Shown in pieces: positions 10,144-20,984 of a stretch of DNA of 24,414 nt (the stretch's first letter is position 1; each line of letters begins with the position of its first letter). The position numbers and the translations under genes are program-made. Source of the stretch: Chiloscyllium plagiosum (Eukaryota); assembly GCF_004010195.1 (NCBI RefSeq), contig NC_057758.1:7208277-7232690 (forward strand), in the 5' to 3' direction. Under the pieces are notes generated by a model, which worked only from the letters and a program-made list of their open reading frames with translations, was not told the origin of the DNA and ran no database searches.

Positions 10144-10612
10144 GTGGAGATGGTGCTGTTGTGTGCATGCTACTTGATTACTAATCCAGACCTGGCTAAT
10201 GCTCTGGCAGCTGGTGCAATTTAAAAACAATTAATAAAAGATCGAGATATAAAGTCTGGTGTCAGTAATAGTGACCCTGAAGCCAACGTCGTTCATAAAA
10301 AGTAAATTTGTTTCCCCAAAGTACTGTCAGGAATCAACTCTCTCGTGCTTTCCCGCCCTAGTCTGGAAGTGATTCCAGACTCACAGACATGTGATAAAAT
10401 CTTCAATGGTCTCCGAAACGGCCATGCAAGACCCTTAATTGTATCAAACAGCTCCGAAGTCTGAAAGGATAAAATCGAAAAGAACACATGTCACTCGCCT
10501 CTGTTTTGGAAAAGGAAATGGGAAATACATTCTTGTCGACTCTGCAGAGACCTCCTTACTACTGTTTGAGAACTTGTGACAATGTTGACAGAGCTTTCCC
10601 ACAGACTGTACA
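10144..10612 (+). mobile_element. tRNA-headed retroelement 5' region, copy 2, extending into an APE-start-like frame
   Basis: Colinear with the reverse complement of 218-1070. About 10555-10608 reads LTTV*ELVTMLTELSHRL, resembling APE motif I (xNxxGL...EL). Confidence 0.6.
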
Positions 10613-11640
10613 GAAACATCAGGAAAGGTGTAGGCCATTCAACACATTGGGTCTTCCCCATTCTCGTTCATGGCCGAACATCTCCTGAATATACTTTTCA
10701 TCCACAATGTACATATCCCTTAATCTGACTGACCTTGGGAAAATATAAAATAGGAACTGTAGTGGGCCGTTGTGTCCGTTGAAGTTTCTATCCAATGCAA
10801 AACAATGATGGCTGACCCATTATTTTCACACCGATACTCTGCTCTCTCTCTCGCCTTATGTGGGCGAGAATTACCGAGGTACACCAGTCACTGAGTGCAG
10901 ACATTTATTGTCATCTCAATGCAGAGCGGCCTGCCTGTACTTAATACTGTAACCCATTGTTTTTGACTCCCCAGTCAGGGGAATTATCATTCCTGCTTCC
11001 AATCCCTCTCGCCCTGACAGACATATATATATTTCACTGAGATCTCCACTCATTTGCCTAAACCCCATGTCCCAACCTTTGCTCCCACAACAAGCTTGTC
11101 CTCCTAGAGATCAGACAGGTCATTCTTTGCTGCACTCACTCAACGTCTGGTTTTTCCTTCATTAACTAAGGAGAGGAAAACTGCATACTATACTGCACAA
11201 TGTTCGACATGGGGGCTCACCCAGGCCCTGTACAGCTACTTACTCCTGTACGATGAGGGTCAACAGACCATTTATGTTCCAAACTACTTTCTGTTCCCGC
11301 AATATTGCTTTCAGTGACTGGTGTGCATGGAGATCCAGATCGTTTTCAATGTTACCGCTACTCACTTTGTGCGTGTGTGTTCACTGGTCAGCATGACAAT
11401 GCTATTCCCACTATTGACATCTGGTTTCAGAACTCATTGTCATGAATGGACCTTAGCGACTACACAGAAGGAAACAAAAAAGGAGCACCAGTCCCTTTAT
11501 AAATCAACGTTTTACAGCCAATCCATTTTCAAATGGTAGGCTGCCATACTCTATTTACGCCGAAGTGCACAATGTCACATCTACCACCATTGATCTCCAT
11601 CTGCCACATATTTGCTGGTGGAATGAAGCCTTTTTTAAGC
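10612..11640 (-). mobile_element. Degenerate CR1 fragments: two 3' ends (about 10612 and 10745) plus RT C-terminal sequence
   Basis: GGTGTAGGCCATTC...CATGGCCGA and GTAGTGGGCCGTT...GATGGCTGA match the CR1 end at 24040+. The minus strand near 11540-11615 reads ANMWQMEINGGRCDIVHFG (WQMxFNxxKCxVxHFG). Confidence 0.7.
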
Positions 11641-12249
11641 CATTCTCAATGGTGCCTTGCACCTCTGAGACAGCAGACCCGTGTTCTCTCTGGAGGCCCG
11701 AAGCTAGTGAGGAACGTCGAACTGTTTCAGAATTAAGGTATTCAGGCTGCTGACAGGATTGTGAACAGTATAACGTTGAGTATAGGGTCACATAGTAACT
11801 GCACATTAATGTGCTCAGAGTTCAGAACTCCGCCAATTGACATGAGGTCTCTGCACAAGCACGTAAACTGTCGGGACTCGGAAAATATGGAATTTCTTAC
11901 CTTATCAATGGCTGCTTCAGACATAATGAGTATGCGTTCATAAGCATCAAGTTTAAACTTCTTATTCTCGCACAGAGCGACACATTAAACACATAATTAA
12001 TGCATTCTCTCTTCATGGCAACATCATGCCAGGGTTAGATGTTGTGAAGCTCCTTTGCTCTGTCTTGGTTCATGTCGATAATTCTTTATCAAGCAGACTC
12101 AGTCTGTATGCAATATTACTGTCTCAATAGAACACTGCCAACAAGTCAGATATAGTTACACTGATAATTTAAATATTTTGCATGGAGGACCACACATAAT
12201 TTACAATTATAATTACTTACTAGCCCGTATGAATTCTGTTCTTGACTTA

Positions 12250-12690
12250 TAACCAAGGATTTCCAGGTCCTTTTCCACAACAGCACTTCCTGACCTCTCA
12301 CCATTTTATAGACATAAATGCGAATGATTACATTTGTTGTTTACATATTAATCATTTGTATATCTTGCGAACAGCTATTGCCTAAACACTGGTCCTTCTG
12401 ATAACCCACAAGCCTTCTGTCCAGAGAAAAACACTACTCTCTTCATTCTGTCCATTATCCAATTTTTAATTCATATGTTACATTTTCCACCCCTGCATGC
12501 CTTAGAAAAATAATCAGTAATTCTTTCACCAGCTCTATTGTCACCTCTTCAATACACTGGCATGTAGATATCAGATGCAGCAAATTACCGAGCTTCAATT
12601 CAATTCGATTTTGAAAAACTTGTTCTTCATTAATTCTAACGTTCTGAAGTTCCTCATATTCACCAGTCCCCAGTCCCCTAGTGTTTCTGG
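12250..12690 (-). mobile_element. Highly degenerate, internally deleted CR1 ORF2 fragment
   Basis: Minus-strand GGGTTATCAGAAGGACCAGTGTTTAGG (GVPQGSVLG-like) and IEEVTIELVKELLIIF (LKEVAxEIxxxLxxIF-like). Confidence 0.55.
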
Positions 12691-13949
12691 AAGTTAGCTT
12701 ATGTACCTTCCTCGGGGGATACAGAATTATTCCTCTCAGTAGGCAGATGCCTTCTGTCAACTCGAGAATACATCCAAGGACTGCATTTCGGATATGATGA
12801 ATATGTCACCCATTGCTGCCTGGAAAGTTTCAGAATCATTCCAATTCACTTCATGGTGAGTGTCAGCACAGTCCTGTCCCTGGTGTGAGACTGGAGGTTT
12901 TACTGAAGAACGGGACACAGCTCTGTGACAACCTCATTTTTGAAAGAAGATGGTTTCACACTTTGCACCTGGAATTGAAAAATGTTCATGGAAATCTGTG
13001 GGGGAAAGTGCAGTGGCCTGCCCCCTCCAGTGTCAGAACTTCCCTCCTGTATAGTCTCAGGTCCATTTGTTTACCATGGACCCAGGTACACTGGAAATGC
13101 AGTATCCAGAGTGGGTTGACCAGACCAACCACTTTGCAAACGACAGTGCAATGATATATATTTGAATGCTCTAACAGTCAATGTATAACTATGATCACCA
13201 GGATAGTTAGGCATGCGCGTTTTCCGGTTCAAATCAAACGTGCACCCTTTATTTTTGTATCATATAATGTTGATAGGTGTTTATACTTTAGTTCCATAAA
13301 AGTAGAATCAACTTAATTATTTTCAATTCTTGTTCAGTTGAATGATCATAATTCATATCTAACTTTTTCCCAATTCACAACATGGCAAACACCTGATTAC
13401 TGTACGGGTCAGTAAATTCGTCGCTTGCAAACATGACCTACATTAGAAATGGATTCCAGAAAGCCTAAGTTCAAACACAATTCTATTAAACTTCACAGCT
13501 GACTGTGATACTGAGTGATGTACTGGTCTGCTCCTGAATCTGTCCAGAGAGTTTCCAAATTGCATCAGGGTCGTCATTCAAACATTCCTTCATAACAAAT
13601 CATTTAGAGTTCACCTTGGGAAGGGGTAAACTTGCCAACAGACTATATCACCATTCTCAATGTCTGGACAAATGCTGTTCAAGTTAGATACCAATATCGG
13701 ACGAGCAAACATGTCTTCCAAATTGCTCTTCAGTCAGAGTTTGGCCCAGCGAGCAGATGTATGGGCAGGAGGTTCGGAATCACACCGCAGAAGTTATTCT
13801 ATGGTGTTAACATCCGGCTGCCCCTCCCCCCGACCCCAGACGCTATTCATCAGCACCCTGGGCTAGACACTGACTGAAGACATTAACAAACTGACAGTCT
13901 TCTGCAGCACATTGAGTCACATAGTGAATCCTCTAAAACCATATGCAAT

Positions 13950-14155
13950 GAAGTCATGATTCGGAGATGCCGGTGTTGGACTGGGATGTACAAAGTTAAA
14001 AATCACACAACACCAGGTTATAGTCCAACAGGTTTAATTGGAAGCACACTAACTTTCGGAGCGACGCTCCTTCATCAGACAATCACCTGATGAAGGAGCG
14101 TCGCTCCAAAAGCTAGTGTGCTTCCAATTAAACCTGTTGGACTATAACCTGGTGT
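13950..14155. mobile_element. Fold-back Penelope pLTR-type element, family C, with two divergently oriented hammerhead motifs; runs into a gap
   Basis: 69-bp inverted arms 14010-14078 and 14087-14155, 2 mismatches, 8-nt spacer. Each arm begins CTGATGAAGGAGCGTCGCTCC(G/A)AAAG(T/C)TAG. Confidence 0.85.
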
Positions 14156-14308
14156 NNNNNNNNNNNNNNNNNNNNNNNNNNNNNNNNNNNNNNNNNNNNN
14201 NNNNNNNNNNNNNNNNNNNNNNNNNNNNNNNNNNNNNNNNNNNNNNNNNNNNNNNNNNNNNNNNNNNNNNNNNNNNNNNNNNNNNNNNNNNNNNNNNNNN
14301 NNNNNNNN
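14156..14308. other. Assembly gap (N run)
   Basis: N bases. Confidence 1.
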
Positions 14309-15790
14309 ATGTTGTGCCGGCCTTTTGTCCTACCCTAAATTCAGACTACCCTACACATTTTTCATTGCACTACCTTCCATGTGCCTATCCAGCAATCGCT
14401 TAAATGTCTCTAATGCATGTGACTCGACTGGACTGTCAGTAGTACAATCCACGCACCCACCAACTCTTAAAGAAACAAATCCGATATCTCCCCTAAAAAT
14501 TCCTCTAAGCACCTTAAAGTTATGCCCACTCTTGATAGACATGTATGCCCTGGAAAAAAAGTCTTGGCTATCCACTCTCTCTATGACTCTCAACATCTCA
14601 TACACGCTATCAAGTCACGTCTCATCCTTCTTTTCTCCAATGTGAAAAGCACGAGCTCCCTCAACGTTTCTTCATAAGACATTCCCTACAGTCCAGGCAG
14701 TATTCTGTTAACTATCCTCTGCACGATCTCTAAAACTTCTACATTTTTCGTATAATGAGGCGTCAGAACTGAACACAATATTCCAAGTGAGATGTAACCA
14801 AGGTTCGAAAGAGCTGCAGTATAACATCGCGGCTTTCAAACACGGTCCCCCTGCTAATTAAAGCCAAAACAACATAGGACTTCTTAATACCTTATCAACT
14901 TGGGTGGCAACTCTGAGTGATCTATGTACATGGACCACAAGATGCCTACGTTCCTCCACACCTCAAAGAATCCGGCTTTTATCCCCGTATTCTGCATTCA
15001 AATTCGACCATTCAAAACAAATCGCTTCAAACTTTTCCTGGTTGAACCCCAACTCCCACTTATCAATCCAGTTCTGCATCCGGTAAATGTCCCATTACAA
15101 CCTGCAATAGCCCTCGGCACTACCCACAACACCACCAACCTTCGTTTCATCGACAAACTTACTACCCATACTCCCAGTTCCTCATCCAAGTTACTTACAA
15201 GGAGTAGAGGTCCCAAAACTGTGGGACACCACTGGTCACTGACCTTCAGGCTGAATACTTTCAATCTACTACATCCCCTGTCTTCTATGGGCCAGCCGAT
15301 TCTGAATCCAGACAGCCAGATTTCCCTGTATCCCATGCCGCCTTACTTTCTGAATGAGCCTACCACGGAAATCTTATCAAACGTCTTGCTAAAATCCATG
15401 TACACCACATTCACTGCTCTGCCATCAATGATGTGTTTTTTCACATCCTCAAAGAATTCAACAAGTTTTGGAGGCATGACCTGCCCCTCACAAAGCCATG
15501 CTGACTATGCCTAATCAAACTGTGGTATTGAAAGTAATTATAAATACTGACTCTCAGAATTCACTCCAATAATTTGCCTACGACTGACGGAGGACCAACA
15601 CGTCTGTTATTCCCATGATTATCCATATTCCTTTTGTTCTGAACAAGGAAATGGGAGTTACCCACCTCCACACATCTGGCACTGTTGCAAAGATAATTGA
15701 GAAAGGCGCAGCAATCTCTTTCCTCGCTTCCTGTAGTAATATCTAGAAATCTGCACTGTGCCCGAAATTGACCGGGGGATTCATCTATCG
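14309..15790 (-). mobile_element. CR1-clade LINE 3' part (RT to 3' UTR)
   Basis: YEMLRVIERVDSQDFF, SNLDEELG, and VNVVYMDFSKTFDK (reverse complement of about 15375-15415). Confidence 0.9.
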
Positions 15791-15954
15791 TTATGTTTGT
15801 ACTTCACCTCCACTTGTCTACTCCATAAGCTCTGTTCAAGCAACTGATAAACTGCTTTCCATTTCACTGCTATATACAGTGCTGCCTTTCTTGAACAAGT
15901 ATCGTTCCCAATTCCATTGAATCATGAAATGGAAAATAATGGGAAGACACGAAT

Positions 15955-16086
15955 GCCTTTATGATGAAGGCTTATGCCTAAGACGCGAAGAATTCTTCTC
16001 CTTGGATGCTGCCTGACCTCTCGTGCTTTTCTAGAGTCATAGTTTTGGACTCGGACTCTCCAGCAAATGCAGACTGCACTTTGTCC
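15955..16086 (+). mobile_element. Penelope pLTR family A copy, tail-to-tail with the terminus of the adjacent PLE
   Basis: ATGATGAAGGCTTATGCCT...GGATGCTGCCTGACCT...CTCCAGCAAATGCAGACT matches the other family A copies. Confidence 0.8.
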
Positions 16087-16094
16087 ATTGCTGA

Positions 16095-17090
16095 GAGGTG
16101 AGTCGAAGAGTGTGGTGCTGGAAGAGCACTGCTGGTTTGGCAGCATCTGAAGAGCAGAGGAATCGATGTTTCAAGCACAAGCTCTTCAACAGGAATTAGG
16201 CTTGAGGCCCAAGGGGGCTGCGAGATAAGTACGAGGGTTGTGGGGTTGGGCAGAAGATAGCTAGAAATGCGAAAGATAGATGACAGTGGGGTGAAGTTGA
16301 TCAGTTGTCGAGAAGAGTAGAGCTTATATGTGAGAAGAAAGAGAGACAGGGAGGGCGGTTCATCGATAGGGCATTGCTGAGTTCGCGGGTTGGATTTCGG
16401 ACAATATGATGAGTGGAGAAATGAGAAAGCTGATGAAATCCACAATGATTACTTATGGTTGGAGAGTTTTAAGGTGGAAGATGAGGCGTTCTTCCACCAG
16501 GTGTCAGGTGGTTAGGGTTTGGTGGTGGAGAAGGCTCGGCACATTTTGTCTTTGGCGGAGTGGGAGGGGCTTCAAAGTGTTTGACCACAGGGTGGTGGGG
16601 TTATTTCATACGTGTGCTCCCGAGATGTTCACTGGAAAATTCCACGTTTTGCTGTCCTGTCTCCTGAATGTAGTGGTCACCACATCGAGAGAGACGGGCA
16701 TAGTAGATTACATGTGCGAAAGTATAGGTGAATCTCTGTCAGATGTGTGACGGACCCTTTGAAGCCGTGGGCAGAACTGTGGGGGACGGGTAACACGTTT
16801 TGCGGTTGAAGGGGGAGGTGCTGGGAGTGGAGGGTGTGTTGATGGGGAGGGTGACTCGGAACTGACAAGGGGGTCAGGGAGGGAACGCAGATACGTGTGG
16901 GCAGGGAGACATATACCTGATGGTATGGTCTGTTCGTAAGTGGCGGAAATGGTGGAGGATGACGCGCTGCATCCGCAGGTTGATTGGATAGAAGGGGACG
17001 ACGGGGTGGGGGTTGGATGTTCCATTCTTGTTGCGAGTGGAGATGTGTGAAGTGGAGGAGATGCGCTGAAGGGCACCGTCGCCCATGTGG
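16095..17090 (-). mobile_element. Penelope-like element 3' part (linker, GIY-YIG, 3' region, pLTR)
   Basis: GDGALQRISSTSH...NLRMQRVILHHFRHL is homologous to 4351-4510. The minus-strand pLTR has CTGTTGA...GAAACATC near 16165-16192. Confidence 0.85.
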
Positions 17091-17094
17091 ATCA

Positions 17095-17830
17095 GTTTAG
17101 GATCAATCCAAGAGATATCTTACGTATATGAGAGCAAGAAAATAGCAAGAGAGAGAATGGAACCCCTTAAGAACCAAATTGGACATGTCTGTGTGGATAC
17201 ATAGGTGATGGGAGAGGGCCTCAACGTATGTTTCTCCTCTATGTTTACCGTGGAGAAAGACAGGAAGAGTTGAAAATTTGGCGAAGTTCGTTGTGATATC
17301 TTTGAGACATTCCATATCACAGTAGAAAAGGTGTTGGACTTTCTACAATGTATGAAGATGGATAAATCTCACGGTCCTTACTAGATAAAGACAAGAACAG
17401 TGCAAGAGACGAGAGAAGAATTTGCTGGGCCCCTGGCTGATAATTCAGATCGTCATTAACCACAGGAGCCATCGCGGAAGACTAGTGGATAGCAAATGTT
17501 GTGCCCTTATTCAAGAAGGTTTGGGGAAAAAAGCTGAAAATATAGACGACTAAGCTTATTATCTGTGGTAGGTAAGTTAATTGAGAAGATTCTCAAGAAT
17601 AGGATATACATGCATTTGCTGAAAAATGTATTGCTGGAAAAGCGCAGCAAGTCCGGCAGCATCCAAGGAGGAGAACAATCGACATTTCGGGCTTTTGCCC
17701 GAAACGTCTTTTCTCCTACTCCTCGGATGCTGCCTGACCAGCTGCGCTTTTCCAGAAACACATTTTTCAGCTCTGATCTCCAGTATCTGCAGTCCTCACT
17801 TTCTCGAATACATGCATTTGTAATGAAAGC
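17095..17830 (+). mobile_element. CR1 ORF2 fragment (tether and RT domains 0-2)
   Basis: MKMDKSHGP, IANVVPLFKK and LSLLSVVGKLIEKILKNRIYMHL. Confidence 0.85.
17619..17807. mobile_element. Fold-back Penelope pLTR-derived element, family A, with 13-bp TSD
   Basis: Arms CTGAAAAATGT...TTTCGGGC / GCCCGAAAC...ACATTTTTCAG around a TTTT loop. ATACATGCATTTG at 17606-17618 and 17808-17820. Confidence 0.9.
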
Positions 17831-17978
17831 TGAAAGTCTTTATTATTAAACTTACTTTGATGAATTGAGCTGGAAGCTTGACGAGGGTTGGGCGGCAGAA
17901 CATCGAACATAGAAAAATACAGTTTCGCACAGGCCCTTCGGCCCTCAATGTTGCGGCGACCTGTGAACTGTTCTCACT

Positions 17979-18278
17979 GCGCGGTGGCACAGTGGTTAGC
18001 ACTGCTGCCTCACAGCACCAGAGACTCGGGTTCAATCCCCGCCTCAGGCGACTGAATGTGAGAAGTTTGCACGTTCTGCGTGGGTTTCTTTCGGGTGCTC
18101 CGGTTTTCTCCCACAGTCCAAAGATGTGCAGGTCAGGTGAATTGGCCATGCTAAATTGCCCGTAGTGTTAGGTCAGGGGTAAATGTGGGTGGTGCTTTGG
18201 CGGGGCGGTGTGGACTGGTTGGGCCGGAGGGCCTGTTTTCACACTGTAAGTAATCTAATCTAATCTAATCTAATCTAA
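17979..18278 (+). mobile_element. HE1-like tRNA-derived V-SINE with (TAATC)5 tail
   Basis: A box GTGGCACAGTGGTTAGC, B box GGTTCAATCCC, V-domain, tail GGGCCGGAGGGCCTGTTTTCACACTGT, and TAATC x5 at 18251-18275. Confidence 0.92.
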
Positions 18279-18455
18279 AAACCATCCAAGTGTTTATCCA
18301 AGGATTGTTTAAATCTCCCTAATGTGGCTGAGTTAACTGCATTAGCAGGTAGGGTTTCCACTCTCTAAGTAAAGAACCTACCGCTGATATCTGTCTTAAA
18401 TCTATCACGCCTCAATTTGCAGTGATGACCCCTCGAACAAGCTGACGTCATCAAC

Positions 18456-19202
18456 CTAGGCAAAAAGACTTTCACAGTATACCCTATCTGAACCTCTGCT
18501 CATCTTGTATATCTCTAATAAATCGCCTGCTCGCCTTCTTCTTTCCAATGAGAACAAACCCAAGTCCCTCAGCTGTTCCTCATAAGAACTTCCATCCAGA
18601 CCGGGCAACATCCTGTTAAATCTTCTCTGCACCTTTTCGATGCTTTCCATATCCTTCCTGAAATTTGGCAACGAGAACTGTACACAGTATTCCAAGTGCG
18701 GCCGCACTCGCGTTTTCAATATTTCCGGCATGATATTGCGGCTCCAGAACTCAATACATCTACCAATGAAAGCGAACACACCATTTGCCTTCTCAACAGC
18801 ACTAACAACCTGGGTGGCAACTTTCAGGGATCTATATACATGGACTCCAAGATCCCTCTGCACATCCAAACTACCAAGAATCTTTCCATTGACCCAATAT
18901 TCTGCCTTCCTGTTCTTCTTCCCAACGAGAATCACTTCACAATTAGCTGCAGTGAACTCCATTTGCCACCTCTCAGCCCAAATCTGCAGTTTCTCGAAGT
19001 CCCCCTGCAATCTGTAACATTCTTCCGAACTGTCTACTACTCCAAGGACTTTATTGTCAGCTGCAAATTTACTGATCCATCCACCTATGCCTGCGTCTAA
19101 GTCATTTATAAAAATTACAAACAGCAGCGGTCCCAAAACAGAACCTTGTGGCACAATATTAGTTACCGGACTCCAGGTTGAATATGTTCTATCAATCACC
19201 AC
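18456..19202 (-). pseudogene. Open 248-codon remnant of CR1 reverse transcriptase with a mutated catalytic motif
   Basis: VPQGSVLGPLLFVIFINDLD...SKFAADNKV (FADD changed to FAAD)...WQMEF...VRPHLEYCVQF...LFSLERRR. Confidence 0.9.
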
Positions 19203-19975
19203 TCGCTGCCTTCTTTCAGAAAGCCAGTTTCTAATCCAAACTGCTAAATCACCCTCAGTCTCATGCTTCTACGTTTTGTCCAAAAGCCTACCATGTGGAA
19301 TCTTATCAAAGGCTTGACTGAAGTTCATGCATGCCACGTCAATAGCCTACCCTCATCTACACGCTGGGTCACCTACACAAAAAACTCATTGTGGTTTGTG
19401 AAACACCGCCTGCCCTTGACGAAACCATGTTGGATATTTGAAATCAAATTGTTGCTTGCAAGATGATTAGAAATCCTATCTCTTATGATAATTTACAAAA
19501 CCTTTCCTACAAAAGAATTAGGGCTCTCTGGTCTATAATTACCTGGGTTATCTCTACTGCCCTTCTTGAACAAGGACATAACATTTGTCCCCCAGTCCTC
19601 TGGTACGAAACCAGTAGAAAATGACGACTCAAGTATCAAAGTCAAAGGCTCTGCAATCTCCTCCCTAGCTTCCCAGAGAATCCTCGAATACATCCCATCC
19701 GGCCCAGGGGACTTATCTACTTTCACTCCTTCTAATATTTATACCATCTCTTTGAAACTAACCTCGATCCTTTCTAGTCTAATATCTCTGTCTCATTCTT
19801 CCCCTCTACAATATTCTCCTTTTCCTGAATGAACACCGATGAGAAATGTTCGTTTAGCACCTGTCCGATCTCAACAGGGCCCACACTCAACTTCCCACTT
19901 CTGACTTTGACTGGCCCTATTCCTACCCGAATCGTCCTTTTATTCCTCACATACCTATAGAAAGCGTTAGGGTTC

Positions 19976-20829
19976 NNNNNNNNNNNNNNNNNNNNNNNNN
20001 NNNNNNNNNNNNNNNNNNNNNNNNNNNNNNNNNNNNNNNNNNNNNNNNNNNNNNNNNNNNNNNNNNNNNNNNNNNNNNNNNNNNNNNNNNNNNNNNNNNN
20101 NNNNNNNNNNNNNNNNNNNNNNNNNNNNNNNNNNNNNNNNNNNNNNNNNNNNNNNNNNNNNNNNNNNNNNNNNNNNNNNNNNNNNNNNNNNNNNNNNNNN
20201 NNNNNNNNNNNNNNNNNNNNNNNNNNNNNNNNNNNNNNNNNNNNNNNNNNNNNNNNNNNNNNNNNNNNNNNNNNNNNNNNNNNNNNNNNNNNNNNNNNNN
20301 NNNNNNNNNNNNNNNNNNNNNNNNNNNNNNNNNNNNNNNNNNNNNNNNNNNNNNNNNNNNNNNNNNNNNNNNNNNNNNNNNNNNNNNNNNNNNNNNNNNN
20401 NNNNNNNNNNNNNNNNNNNNNNNNNNNNNNNNNNNNNNNNNNNNNNNNNNNNNNNNNNNNNNNNNNNNNNNNNNNNNNNNNNNNNNNNNNNNNNNNNNNN
20501 NNNNNNNNNNNNNNNNNNNNNNNNNNNNNNNNNNNNNNNNNNNNNNNNNNNNNNNNNNNNNNNNNNNNNNNNNNNNNNNNNNNNNNNNNNNNNNNNNNNN
20601 NNNNNNNNNNNNNNNNNNNNNNNNNNNNNNNNNNNNNNNNNNNNNNNNNNNNNNNNNNNNNNNNNNNNNNNNNNNNNNNNNNNNNNNNNNNNNNNNNNNN
20701 NNNNNNNNNNNNNNNNNNNNNNNNNNNNNNNNNNNNNNNNNNNNNNNNNNNNNNNNNNNNNNNNNNNNNNNNNNNNNNNNNNNNNNNNNNNNNNNNNNNN
20801 NNNNNNNNNNNNNNNNNNNNNNNNNNNNN
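19976..20829. other. Assembly gap (N run)
   Basis: N bases. Confidence 1.
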
Positions 20830-20955
20830 CCTTAATCTGGAATGTCCGAAATTTCGATTCTCCTGCTTCTCGGATGCTGCCTGACCTGCTGTACCTTTCC
20901 AGCGTCAAACGTTTCTCCTCTGATCTCCAGCATCTGCAGTCCTAACTTTTTCTCG
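20830..20955 (+). mobile_element. Penelope pLTR family A copy
   Basis: CGATTCTCCTGCTTCTCGGATGCTGCCTGACCTGCTG...CTCTGATCTCCAGCATCTGCAGTCCT, as in 17700-17805. Confidence 0.85.
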
Positions 20956-20984
20956 GGGCTGGTGATTTATTCCATATGGATTTC

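Larger units (their letters stand above)
11901..15923 (-). pseudogene. Tentative decayed multi-exon gene remnant (exon-like segments 15923-15808, 13862-13636, 13437-13393, 12968-12707, 12103-11901)
   Basis: Non-repetitive islands bounded mostly by splice-site-like motifs on one strand with compatible phases. Many stops and no recognised homologue. Confidence 0.25.
17897..19975 (-). mobile_element. CR1-clade LINE, best-preserved copy (RT to 3' tail), interrupted by an HE1-like SINE and truncated by a gap
   Basis: MKVDKSPGPDGMYSRIL...NPGNYRP, an RT ORF remnant at 18456-19202, and a 3' tail TTCTATGTTCGATGTTCT. Confidence 0.95.

Noticed and set aside
12880..12960. LLSKMRLSQSCVPFF resembling a GVIN1/URGCP motif
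   Set aside because: A short match from memory with no flanking support, too weak to name.
12707..12968. Six in-frame TGA codons (no TAA/TAG) in a candidate exon, suggesting a selenoprotein
   Set aside because: No SECIS was recognised, neighbouring candidate exons contain TAA, and another frame is open across most of the TGA cluster. Chance or frameshift decay is simpler.
14924..15514. 196-aa plus-strand ORF and similar short ORFs as host genes
   Set aside because: They are antisense or off-frame readings of CR1, Penelope or SINE sequence.
17979..18050. Functional tRNA gene (also about 2180-2252 and 10144-10215)
   Set aside because: The A/B-box-like motifs are heads of repeats that continue into SINE or LINE bodies. 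No complete cloverleaf is evident.
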